Positions 7,891-15,335 of a DNA stretch of 20,000 bases are shown here, one piece after another. The position numbers were made by a program, and so were the translations under genes. The notes under the pieces were generated by a model. The model did not search any database and had not been told where the DNA came from. It saw only the letters and a program-made list of their open reading frames with translations. The stretch lies in the IMG/VR virus record IMGVR_UViG_3300025012_000065; one strand, given 5' to 3'. The stretch comes from an uncultured virus (IMG/VR IMGVR_UViG_3300025012_000065). Its lineage: Duplodnaviria; Heunggongvirae; Uroviricota; Caudoviricetes. Each line of letters opens with the position of its first letter. Positions within the stretch are counted from its first letter, which is position 1.

Positions 7891-9918
7891 TTATCCGATT
7901 GCTCCAGCTCTTTCGATAACAATAGCCGATTTAGGCTTAGTTAACGCACCGGAGACGCGAGTCTCAATCAGGTATTTGTATTGGTTGTAGTCAATGTCGA
8001 AATCATCGAACATTGCAACTTGACCGCCCTTATCGGCGCCAATCGTGTAGTCTTTCAGGTTAACGATAATACCGAGAATGTTATTGGACTGGGTCTCTGT
8101 TGCTGCACGGACAGCTGAATTCATTGGCTCGACTTCAACGATCTTGCTGACGCGAAGAACCGATGCCAGTTCGGATACATTATTATAAAGGCGACGACCC
8201 AACGTATCCTTAACTAAAAGCATATCCGTCAGGAAGTCTGTAGAGGTATAAAGAGTCGGCGAACCAGAACCTTTATAGTTCTTGCGTGAGCGAATGAGTT
8301 CGTCGATCATCTCGTCAGGAGTCGTTGCGATCGGCATGATGGACCGATGGATGTACATGCTGGTGTCGTCCGTAGCGATCGGACGAATGTTCAGTTCATT
8401 AATTTTGTCTTCGTCTGCCGCAGATCGTCCATCGCCAACGAGAATAACACGGGCAAGTTCTTCATTCAACATTCCGCGCATTTCATTCTTAAGCCATACT
8501 ACGACATCAAAGTCTGTAATATCAACCATGTCATCGCGATCCAACTTTTGTTTCTTATAGATGGTTGTGGGTGTAGTTACGCGCTTAAGCAGCGGAATGA
8601 TCTCGTCTTTCTTAAGTGTACCAGTTACATAACCTTTAGCACGAGCATCATCAGCAGTAATGTTGGCCACAGTGGTCTTAATTCGGGCAAATGGAGTATG
8701 AGTTGCTTCTGCAAGAACGATGCTAACCCAGGTGTCCTCTCGCTTAAGAGTTTCGGGACCATTGACATTGGTTGACACAGCATCCGGGAACAGTACATCG
8801 ATTGGGTCAAAGCCATATTCGGTAGCATGGAAAATAAAGCTATCCTTCAAAGAACCGAAACGTTTAGCATCAGTAACGATTTCGCTCATTTGATCGTGAG
8901 TGAGAGTGTTTGCGGAATTACCCTGTTCGGCTGTGTTATCAAATACGTTGTTTTTCATATTTACATCTCCTTCATCATTACCATGATCGAGGTTTTCCCC
9001 GTCAACTGCATGGGCAATCATTGCATAGACCACATTTTTCTGTTCTTCGGTGAGCGTATCAAATACCTCAGCGATGGTTTTCTCTCCGGAGTCCTCAGAG
9101 TCGTTGTGTTGGACATCATCTTCCCCGGCGTCCTCATCCTCGCCCTCAATAGCCTTAGCGATAAGGGCATAAACTACATTTTTCTGTTCCTCAGTGAAGG
9201 TGTCAAATACATCACCTAATGTTTTTTCGTCGGCAGTTGCCTTATCGTCGCCAGCAGCATGCATCATTCTTTGCTCATCAGAATTAATGTCAGACATCAT
9301 TCGAGACACCATTTCTGGTGGCATTTCAGACGTCATTTTTAAAATCATTTCTGGTGTCATTTCAGACATCATACGAGACATCATTCGCATCATCGTTTCC
9401 GGTTTCGTTTTCATCATCATTTCTGGCGTCATTTCTGATCCACCATCAGCATGCTCAAACTCAAGACCCGTATAGATAATAGCCTCGGTTTCGTCATCGA
9501 CAAAGGAACCATCGCCATGGGCAAAGCTCAGATTATCAATCAAAGCACCGGGATTAGCTCCTGCAAGAACGAGACTAACTTCTCGAATCATGCCATGAAG
9601 CACATCCGCACCCTTTTGTTTTAATTGATTGGCATGGATGGATAGGGCTGAAATATCCTTATGGTCAACTAGTGCTTTTGCATTTTGTCCTGCTTCAGTG
9701 TCATTAAACACCGCATAGCAATAGACTCCGTCTTCACGATTCTCGAGAATAGCGTGACCGAGGATATTTGCAGGTTCATTGTGAAGATGCTGCCATACTA
9801 AGGGTACTGTTTTACCACTTTGATGCTTAAATGCGTCCTTAATAATTATGCGGCCATCGGCACATCTAAGACCGTTTTTAGTGGCATATCCACTAAAGTC
9901 AAATTTGGTATTCGGCAT
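7891..9918 (-). CDS. Prohead protease-scaffold-major capsid fusion protein (HK97-type)
   Basis: 675 aa from MPNTKFDFSGYATK after GGGGAGG RBS. N-terminal HK97-type protease motifs (VPLVWQH, LSIHA, IREVSLVLAGANPGA), an acidic linker, then a capsid domain (LARVILVGDG, KDTLGRRLY, FDIDYNQYKYLIETRVSG). Confidence 0.92.
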   Translation of the reverse strand: MPNTKFDFSGYATKNGLRCADGRIIIKDAFKHQSGKTVPLVWQHLHNEPANILGHAILENREDGVYCYAVFNDTEAGQNAKALVDHKDISALSIHANQLKQKGADVLHGMIREVSLVLAGANPGALIDNLSFAHGDGSFVDDETEAIIYTGLEFEHADGGSEMTPEMMMKTKPETMMRMMSRMMSEMTPEMILKMTSEMPPEMVSRMMSDINSDEQRMMHAAGDDKATADEKTLGDVFDTFTEEQKNVVYALIAKAIEGEDEDAGEDDVQHNDSEDSGEKTIAEVFDTLTEEQKNVVYAMIAHAVDGENLDHGNDEGDVNMKNNVFDNTAEQGNSANTLTHDQMSEIVTDAKRFGSLKDSFIFHATEYGFDPIDVLFPDAVSTNVNGPETLKREDTWVSIVLAEATHTPFARIKTTVANITADDARAKGYVTGTLKKDEIIPLLKRVTTPTTIYKKQKLDRDDMVDITDFDVVVWLKNEMRGMLNEELARVILVGDGRSAADEDKINELNIRPIATDDTSMYIHRSIMPIATTPDEMIDELIRSRKNYKGSGSPTLYTSTDFLTDMLLVKDTLGRRLYNNVSELASVLRVSKIVEVEPMNSAVRAATETQSNNILGIIVNLKDYTIGADKGGQVAMFDDFDIDYNQYKYLIETRVSGALTKPKSAIVIERAGAIG
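8956..8972 (-). promoter_or_regulatory. Putative internal RBS and in-frame start for a stand-alone 355-aa capsid protein
   Basis: AAGGAGA-TGTAAAT-ATG (ATG at 8958) is in frame with the fusion ORF, at the linker/capsid boundary (MKNNVFD). Confidence 0.55.
8995..9228 (-). repeat. Tandem duplicated 30-aa scaffold-like helix
   Basis: EKTLGDVFDTFTEEQKNVVYALIAKAIEGE (9228-9139) and EKTIAEVFDTLTEEQKNVVYAMIAHAVDGE (9084-8995). Confidence 0.9.
9262..9441 (-). repeat. Met-rich short-period coding repeat within capsid precursor
   Basis: SEMTPEMMMKTKPETMMRMMSRMMSEMTPEMILKMTSEMPPEMVSRMMSD...; recurring catttctgg/catttcaga/gacatcat units on the + strand. Confidence 0.9.
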
Positions 9919-9919
9919 A

Positions 9920-11176
9920 TTACTGTTCCTCCCCATTTTGATTCGCATTGGTGGCCGCGTTAATAAAGCTTTGACCACTTGCTAAAGATTTGTCCGCTAT
10001 GTTCTTATTAATTAGGGCATCCGATTTTGGATTAGGATCGGGTTTGTATCCGAGTATGGCTCGGAAATCATTCGACGATAGGATCTCATTCCTAGTAAAC
10101 TTATCAGCGATCTCCGCCAATTGAGTAGCCGGAACAAGGCTAAATGTGTCTTTGAAGTACATAATGGATTGTTTCTGGGTTCGTGCGGTTTTAGTCAAGA
10201 ATTTTCTCTTAAACTCGTCTATTATCGCATTCAGAAGTGGCGCCACAGTTCTATTATTATAATTCAACATAGTCTTCTCATCGGCTTTACCAGAGAACAC
10301 ATCTTCAGTTAATCCTAACTGGCTATACAGCATACTCGTTAGGTACTGAACTTGGTCCATAAGGGTATTCTCGACGGGACGATTAAGTTGTGTAACACGC
10401 TCGGTACCATCGGTATATGCGATACCGTACTTACTACCAGACAGTTGTCTTTCAATGTCCATTCGGCGTGTCTCTGCTTGTTCACGCCTAGCTTCGGTTT
10501 TAATAACATACGGAAGTTGAATTATTAGATCGAGTTTACCAGATCCACTTTGCTCATCTATTGAATCCAGAAGCGTCAACTTCCTAATGAGTCGTTTTAA
10601 CGTGCCGTTGGGCTCATTCATAACGGAATATAGCGGATTCTCAATTATAGCTACCATACTTTTGGGTAGGGTAATTTCTTCGTGAGCCCCGGTTCTCTCG
10701 TTATAGAGTCTTACGCGCACATGTTTAGGATACCAGTTTATGATACGACCAGTTCTAAAACTATTTACATCAAAAGCCCCATAAAATGTTGGGTCTGCTG
10801 TTGTTTCCACTGGAACTACGGCCACAACCCCTTCGTCAAACATCGACAATATAATGTCTTGAACAAACGCTCGACTGGTTTGATCCGTATTTGCTTCTAA
10901 CGTAAGACATTCATTTAGTCCAGAAGAAATAGTCTCAACAAATCTCTCATTTTGATCTAGCCGCACATGTCGAATAGTAACCGATGCTACATCCAAGGCG
11001 ATACGACTATACACCGCACTAATAACTGATCGAGCATTTGTAGTGTATGCTTTTATTCGGTCGGGTCTAGATGACGACGAATAGCCTAGGCCTTGCTGGG
11101 TATAAACTTCCGTAGGGTCTCGGTTCTTAAAAGCATTCCATGCATGTTTAAGTCTTGTACCCATTGACTCCGCCAC
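9920..11176 (-). CDS. Portal protein
   Basis: 418 aa, AAGGAGGTG RBS with GTG start, located between terminase and protease-capsid. HK97-like portal features (VYSRIALDVASV, NEILSSNDFRAILGYKP). Confidence 0.9.
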   Translation of the reverse strand: MAESMGTRLKHAWNAFKNRDPTEVYTQQGLGYSSSSRPDRIKAYTTNARSVISAVYSRIALDVASVTIRHVRLDQNERFVETISSGLNECLTLEANTDQTSRAFVQDIILSMFDEGVVAVVPVETTADPTFYGAFDVNSFRTGRIINWYPKHVRVRLYNERTGAHEEITLPKSMVAIIENPLYSVMNEPNGTLKRLIRKLTLLDSIDEQSGSGKLDLIIQLPYVIKTEARREQAETRRMDIERQLSGSKYGIAYTDGTERVTQLNRPVENTLMDQVQYLTSMLYSQLGLTEDVFSGKADEKTMLNYNNRTVAPLLNAIIDEFKRKFLTKTARTQKQSIMYFKDTFSLVPATQLAEIADKFTRNEILSSNDFRAILGYKPDPNPKSDALINKNIADKSLASGQSFINAATNANQNGEEQ

Positions 11177-11191
11177 AACAGCACCTCCTTA

Positions 11192-11680
11192 CTATTTTTT
11201 TCTTGGTTGGTTGGTACCATAGTACTTCTTACGAGAATTTAAAACACTAGTCACAAACACAGCATTTGACGCCACTTGGCCAGCTTTTTCGTTTTTAGTA
11301 ACTGCCATAACAGCAACCCCTGCCAGAGTACCGAGTAGCGTACCACGAACAATAGACTTGCCAAGGGCCACTTTCTTACTGTCAATGTTCTTAATTGGCT
11401 TAGTTTTAATTTGCTTAGCAGCTATCAATGCCGCAGCTCGAGCATTAACATCTTTGAGGTCCTTAGTACTTTGATACAAAAATGATCGTCTAAGTTTGTC
11501 TTTGGTACTGGCTGATCGCATAGAAGCTCGGTTTGCCTGATTACTTAAATTAGGATGCTTAATACCATTCCTGATCGTGGTTTTGGCTTCTTTCCCCCAA
11601 GCTTTAGCTTGAGCTTTGCGTTTACCCCAATGCATACCAAGAACACCATAATGCATTAATTCATTTTGAACTTGATTCAT
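11192..11680 (-). CDS. Basic protein with N-terminal HYGVLGMHWG tag (DUF7211-like)
   Basis: Begins MNQVQNELMHYGVLGMHWGKRK, AAGGAGG RBS, Lys/Arg-rich, with one Gly-rich hydrophobic segment. The family name is from recall and needs an HMM check. Confidence 0.75.
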   Translation of the reverse strand: MNQVQNELMHYGVLGMHWGKRKAQAKAWGKEAKTTIRNGIKHPNLSNQANRASMRSASTKDKLRRSFLYQSTKDLKDVNARAAALIAAKQIKTKPIKNIDSKKVALGKSIVRGTLLGTLAGVAVMAVTKNEKAGQVASNAVFVTSVLNSRKKYYGTNQPRKK

Positions 11681-11819
11681 TATTATTAGCCTCCTTACTA
11701 CTTAATGTTCGAATATCTTTTTTGTGATGATCTAACACCCAGTGCATACCGAGAATGCCAAAGTGCTTTATTTCGTTTCCACTTCCCCGTACATAACCGT
11801 CCCGCCTATTCAAACTCAT
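11661..11819 (-). pseudogene. Frameshifted relic of a fourth tag-bearing gene (52-aa ORF)
   Basis: Manual translation MSLNRRDGYVRGSGNEIKHFGILGMHWVLDHH... Restoring one G in TGGGTGTTAGA gives W-G-V-R, completing the tag's WG. Confidence 0.6.
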
Positions 11820-13551
11820 CTTTATTAGCTTTATATGCTACATAGGCATCCATTAATGCGGAAACACTATCAATCTTTTGCTCGTACCTCTTCTTCAATA
11901 GCTTCCGATTACCATTTGTATCCTCTAGAGTTATACTATTGCCCATAGCAAAACACATTAGCTCCTCATCAAATATAAGCATACGTTCTTCAGCTAAGAT
12001 TTTAAGTTCACCTAGAGGAACCGACTCGGTCTTCGATCCCTGTATTACTTTTTCAATTCCGTATGGTCCATTCTCAGCTTCCCATCTGGCAACGAACTCT
12101 TTCGCATTATATGGGTCAAAACCAAAGCAACGAACATCATAACCCGAATCAATTATGTGTTTATCCACGTCATCATAGACTTCCATCATATCTAGAACTG
12201 TACCATCGAGGACGATAAGACTGCCTTCTTTTATAAACTGATCGTATTTGGTACGCATAGCTCCAGGTAATTTCATTAAGGTTAGGGATGTAATATAAGC
12301 GCGAGTTTTTACACCAAATGACCCAGTCTTAAGAGGGAACATAAACGTAAAGGCACAGAAGTCATCCCCTTGAGAGAAGTCGGCGCCCAGAGCACAAGGT
12401 AGAGACCAGAACGTACGTCGTCGATGAGGCAACGTATCTTCGTAGGTGAAGAAATACGTATACCCTTCCATCGGAATGCCGAATCTCTTAGCTAGAATAT
12501 CATTCCTAGCCGCCGGTGCTTTCTCTGCTCTCTCCACGTCTAACTGATAGGTTTCATAGGAGACAGTCTTACCGAGATTGGGATTCGCCTTTAACCACAT
12601 AGACGGATCGTTGACTTCTTCAATAGTATCCAATTTATAATACCAGATTGATACGTGGGGATTTATGTAGTCCCCCTTTAGAATGTCCATTAGTTCCATT
12701 TTGATTGTATCACCACTGCTGTTACGAACTGTCCCTTCTGAACTCATAGCAATAATTAGATAATCATCTAACTTGGACGCCCCTTGTTCAATCGCACCGA
12801 CCACGTCCTCACGGATGTCACCAGAAAGCCATTCATCGACCGTCGAGATCTTAGGTCTAAGACCTTGCAGTTTGTCGATGCTCATTGGTCTTATTTCTAG
12901 GATTGACCCCGTAAGGAAGTTCTCAATTCCCTTTTTGGTTGAGGCTAACTTAACACGATTGGCTCTAGAGCCTGTGGTGTTTTGTAATGAGCCTTCGGTT
13001 AGGAATTCAAACAGTGGTCCTCGTGCACGAGTAATGGCGGTCCTGATCGGGGACATGACTTCGTCCGCTTGTTTCATCGTTGGACCGGTTGTGATTTGAT
13101 GTGTGGTGGACGTATCGACGTTTAAGAAGAAACTTTGAATGCTAGAACCATACATAGACTTAGCTGCGCCACGAGCAACGATGAGATACTGTTTACTTGT
13201 AAGGCGTTTCTTAATCATCTTAAGTACATACTTACCGCCATGATTGTCCTTACTGGGGACATATACGCTTCGCTCAACATAGTAATACCAGCCGAATACT
13301 TGTTCGGCCCATAACTTAAAAGTGTCTAATAGTGATAGATCAGACCCATCGGTAAGTGTCAGTTCGTGATCGCAAAAATCGACGTACCCATCGACGGCTC
13401 TATCATCATAATATACTCCGGGGTTTGCGATGAGTTCGTCAATTCGGTTCATCTCCATAGAAATTTCTTTACATACGGGGATGTCGCCTCGCAATACAGC
13501 GTCACGAAAGATGGCATAATATTTTGGGGTTGCTGTATTTGACAAAGCCAT
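11806..13551 (-). CDS. terL: Terminase large subunit
   Basis: 581 aa with Walker A-like VARGAAKS, Walker B STVDE, coupling motif MSSEG, W-x-KANPNLG, and nuclease motifs GADFSQGDD, FDPYNA, KIDSVSALMDA. Confidence 0.95.
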   Translation of the reverse strand: MALSNTATPKYYAIFRDAVLRGDIPVCKEISMEMNRIDELIANPGVYYDDRAVDGYVDFCDHELTLTDGSDLSLLDTFKLWAEQVFGWYYYVERSVYVPSKDNHGGKYVLKMIKKRLTSKQYLIVARGAAKSMYGSSIQSFFLNVDTSTTHQITTGPTMKQADEVMSPIRTAITRARGPLFEFLTEGSLQNTTGSRANRVKLASTKKGIENFLTGSILEIRPMSIDKLQGLRPKISTVDEWLSGDIREDVVGAIEQGASKLDDYLIIAMSSEGTVRNSSGDTIKMELMDILKGDYINPHVSIWYYKLDTIEEVNDPSMWLKANPNLGKTVSYETYQLDVERAEKAPAARNDILAKRFGIPMEGYTYFFTYEDTLPHRRRTFWSLPCALGADFSQGDDFCAFTFMFPLKTGSFGVKTRAYITSLTLMKLPGAMRTKYDQFIKEGSLIVLDGTVLDMMEVYDDVDKHIIDSGYDVRCFGFDPYNAKEFVARWEAENGPYGIEKVIQGSKTESVPLGELKILAEERMLIFDEELMCFAMGNSITLEDTNGNRKLLKKRYEQKIDSVSALMDAYVAYKANKDEFE

Positions 13552-13575
13552 GTTTATCCAACTCTCATTTTGATT

Positions 13576-14052
13576 TTACCCTACTTTTAGGGCCGCTTTA
13601 GCTACGGCTTTAGCGATAGCTTTAGCTAATGGCGACTGAACAGCCCGTTTAACAATCTTTTTGGTCAAACCAGCATTAGCAATTCTTCCAGCTACTGGTG
13701 TTTGTGTCAGAGCATATAGTCCCCCTATGGTCACTCCAGCAGCAGTTATGTCTTTAGCGATATTCATACCCCTCTTGTATGCGCTTGGATGTATGTCTCG
13801 TACCTGCTTTTCTAAATTAATCCGCCGGGTTAGTTTCATGATTTCATCATTTGTCATTTCACTAACTGGTTTATTATATAGGATTCGTCCTTCTTTATGA
13901 TCCGGACTTTTCCTAGCCTCGGCAGCTTCTCTTGCGGCTTGCTTAGCTTCTTTACGTTTAGAGCCTACTCGATTAACGCTTGCGCCGGCACCAGTTCGAC
14001 CCCAATGCATACCCAAAACTCCATAATGACTAAGTGCGTTTTGGTTGCCCAT
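13576..14052 (-). CDS. Basic protein with N-terminal HYGVLGMHWG tag (DUF7211-like)
   Basis: Begins MGNQNALSHYGVLGMHWG, AAGGAGG RBS, has a SEMTNDEIMKLTRRINLEKQ helix and hydrophobic ITAAGVTIGGLYAL segment. Confidence 0.75.
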   Translation of the reverse strand: MGNQNALSHYGVLGMHWGRTGAGASVNRVGSKRKEAKQAAREAAEARKSPDHKEGRILYNKPVSEMTNDEIMKLTRRINLEKQVRDIHPSAYKRGMNIAKDITAAGVTIGGLYALTQTPVAGRIANAGLTKKIVKRAVQSPLAKAIAKAVAKAALKVG

Positions 14053-14082
14053 CAACTATTCCCTCCTTATTAAAATACCGTT

Positions 14083-14427
14083 TTAGACAGTAATAGCTTT
14101 TTCAGCTTGAACGTTGAGTCGCCATTCTAGCTCTTTTATTTGGCGCTCCATTGCATCCACTACGAAGCCGCTTGATGGCGGGTCAAATACTAGTTTTACT
14201 TTTAAGAATATGAAGGTCTTGGCCGCTATAAGATCTAACCTATCGAGAAGAAGGTCACTCCATGTTTCCGTCGAATCAGTTATCATAAACCCAGTTGATG
14301 GGCCAACGCCTAATTGATTTAAAGATAACATTACCGAGTTGATGTGCATGGTAACATCGGAATCGAAATGGGTATACTCTTCTTCAATACCCAGCATTTT
14401 TTTAACGGATGTGAGAATGCTATCCAT
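14083..14427 (-). CDS. Head-tail connector protein (gp6/gp15-like)
   Basis: 114 aa, MDSILTSVKKMLGI...FD...HIN pattern typical of helical connector proteins. GGAGGG RBS. Confidence 0.65.
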   Translation of the reverse strand: MDSILTSVKKMLGIEEEYTHFDSDVTMHINSVMLSLNQLGVGPSTGFMITDSTETWSDLLLDRLDLIAAKTFIFLKVKLVFDPPSSGFVVDAMERQIKELEWRLNVQAEKAITV

Positions 14428-14438
14428 GTTCAACCCTC

Positions 14439-14774
14439 CTATTCAACCGGTGTTGGTACGACGTACTCACTAATACTATACCCTTCGATTCCAGAGCTAG
14501 TACAAATACGAGTCCAATCATCCTGGACACCCTCTACAACAACCACATCCCCCGGTTTTAAGATGGCTACCACTCGACTTAGAATATTCGCAGATTCCCT
14601 GACATTTAAATGACTAGGACATACAACTGTGGCTGCGTTGGTCGGAACTTGGGCGGATAAAGGTCCTTCCTCCTTGGTAGGCGAGGACTCTATCATTGGT
14701 TCTCGGATTATCTCTTCTACGGGAACTTTGGTTTTCTCGGTAAGAGGTTCTCGGATTATCTTGTTATAGTTCAT
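14439..14774 (-). CDS. Bacterial SH3 (SH3b)-domain protein
   Basis: LNVRESA...VVAIL-x-PG-x-VV-x-V...W-x-RI...GIEGY...YV fits the SH3b consensus. The N-terminus is a Pro/Glu-rich linker with IIREP twice. GGAGGAG RBS. Confidence 0.8.
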   Translation of the reverse strand: MNYNKIIREPLTEKTKVPVEEIIREPMIESSPTKEEGPLSAQVPTNAATVVCPSHLNVRESANILSRVVAILKPGDVVVVEGVQDDWTRICTSSGIEGYSISEYVVPTPVE

Positions 14775-14801
14775 TATTGATTTTCTCCTCCTGAATATTC
14801 G

Positions 14802-15209
14802 TTATTTCCATGGGCAAGTATCGTTGCGAGTTCGTTCAATTGGTAGTTTTGGAAGTAGGGATACATCACCGTAATGAATTGCGTTGTGGGTACTATGGGT
14901 TGTGATAATTAAGTTCTCAGGATCATAAACTATATCGCGATCTTCCTCTACATCCTCGAGTGTTACGGGATTAATATGATGTACTAATATTCGGCCAAAG
15001 ATTTCATAGTCATCCATACCTAAATCACACCCATTATCCCTGATTATAATGCCATCTCGAGTTCTCCGCCATCGTCTGGAAGTATATAGCATCTGGTTCA
15101 AATATCGATCGTACCCAAATGTACTTCTACCAACCGTGCCGCCAAGTTTCAAATATTCAAACCGATCTAGAAAGGACCTTAATCGTTGTAACTCCCGATA
15201 GGTTTTCAT
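14802..15209 (-). CDS. HNH endonuclease (packaging-associated)
   Basis: W...R...RDNGC...VHHINP...NLI...HNAIH motif, near the terminase genes. Confidence 0.85.
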   Translation of the reverse strand: MKTYRELQRLRSFLDRFEYLKLGGTVGRSTFGYDRYLNQMLYTSRRWRRTRDGIIIRDNGCDLGMDDYEIFGRILVHHINPVTLEDVEEDRDIVYDPENLIITTHSTHNAIHYGDVSLLPKLPIERTRNDTCPWK

Positions 15210-15334
15210 TTCGATTTAGAATTCAATAAATTCTCCATCTCGAGAGAACCCATGCTGACCTTTTTAGTTGACACGTGAAATATAGTTCCGGCAATAACTG
15301 TTAAGCCGATGAGTATTTTTTTGGTGAGTGTCAT
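15206..15334 (-). CDS. 42-aa small protein with N-terminal hydrophobic segment
   Basis: Not in the track. MTLTKKILIGLTVIAGTIFHVSTKKVSMGSLEMENLLNSKSK starts 1 nt after the upstream stop and overlaps the HNH start by ATGA, filling the gap exactly. Confidence 0.5.
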   Translation of the reverse strand: MTLTKKILIGLTVIAGTIFHVSTKKVSMGSLEMENLLNSKSK

Positions 15335-15335
15335 C

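Noticed and set aside
9262..9441. CRISPR-like or DGR-type repeat
   Set aside because: Units are short, codon-phased and inside an open frame. No spacers, no adenine-specific template/variable pair, and no reverse transcriptase in the window.
9919..9978. ORF-track N-terminal extensions (capsid from 9978; likewise 7846, 6090, 5018, 18598)
   Set aside because: Downstream ATGs have well-spaced RBSs, and the extensions overlap upstream genes, RBSs or hairpins.
4199..14613. Plus-strand ORFs overlapping tail, capsid, portal and terminase genes (e.g. 5222-5821, 8347-8775, 12773-13099)
   Set aside because: They overlap well-supported minus-strand genes; composition mirrors the sense codon bias.
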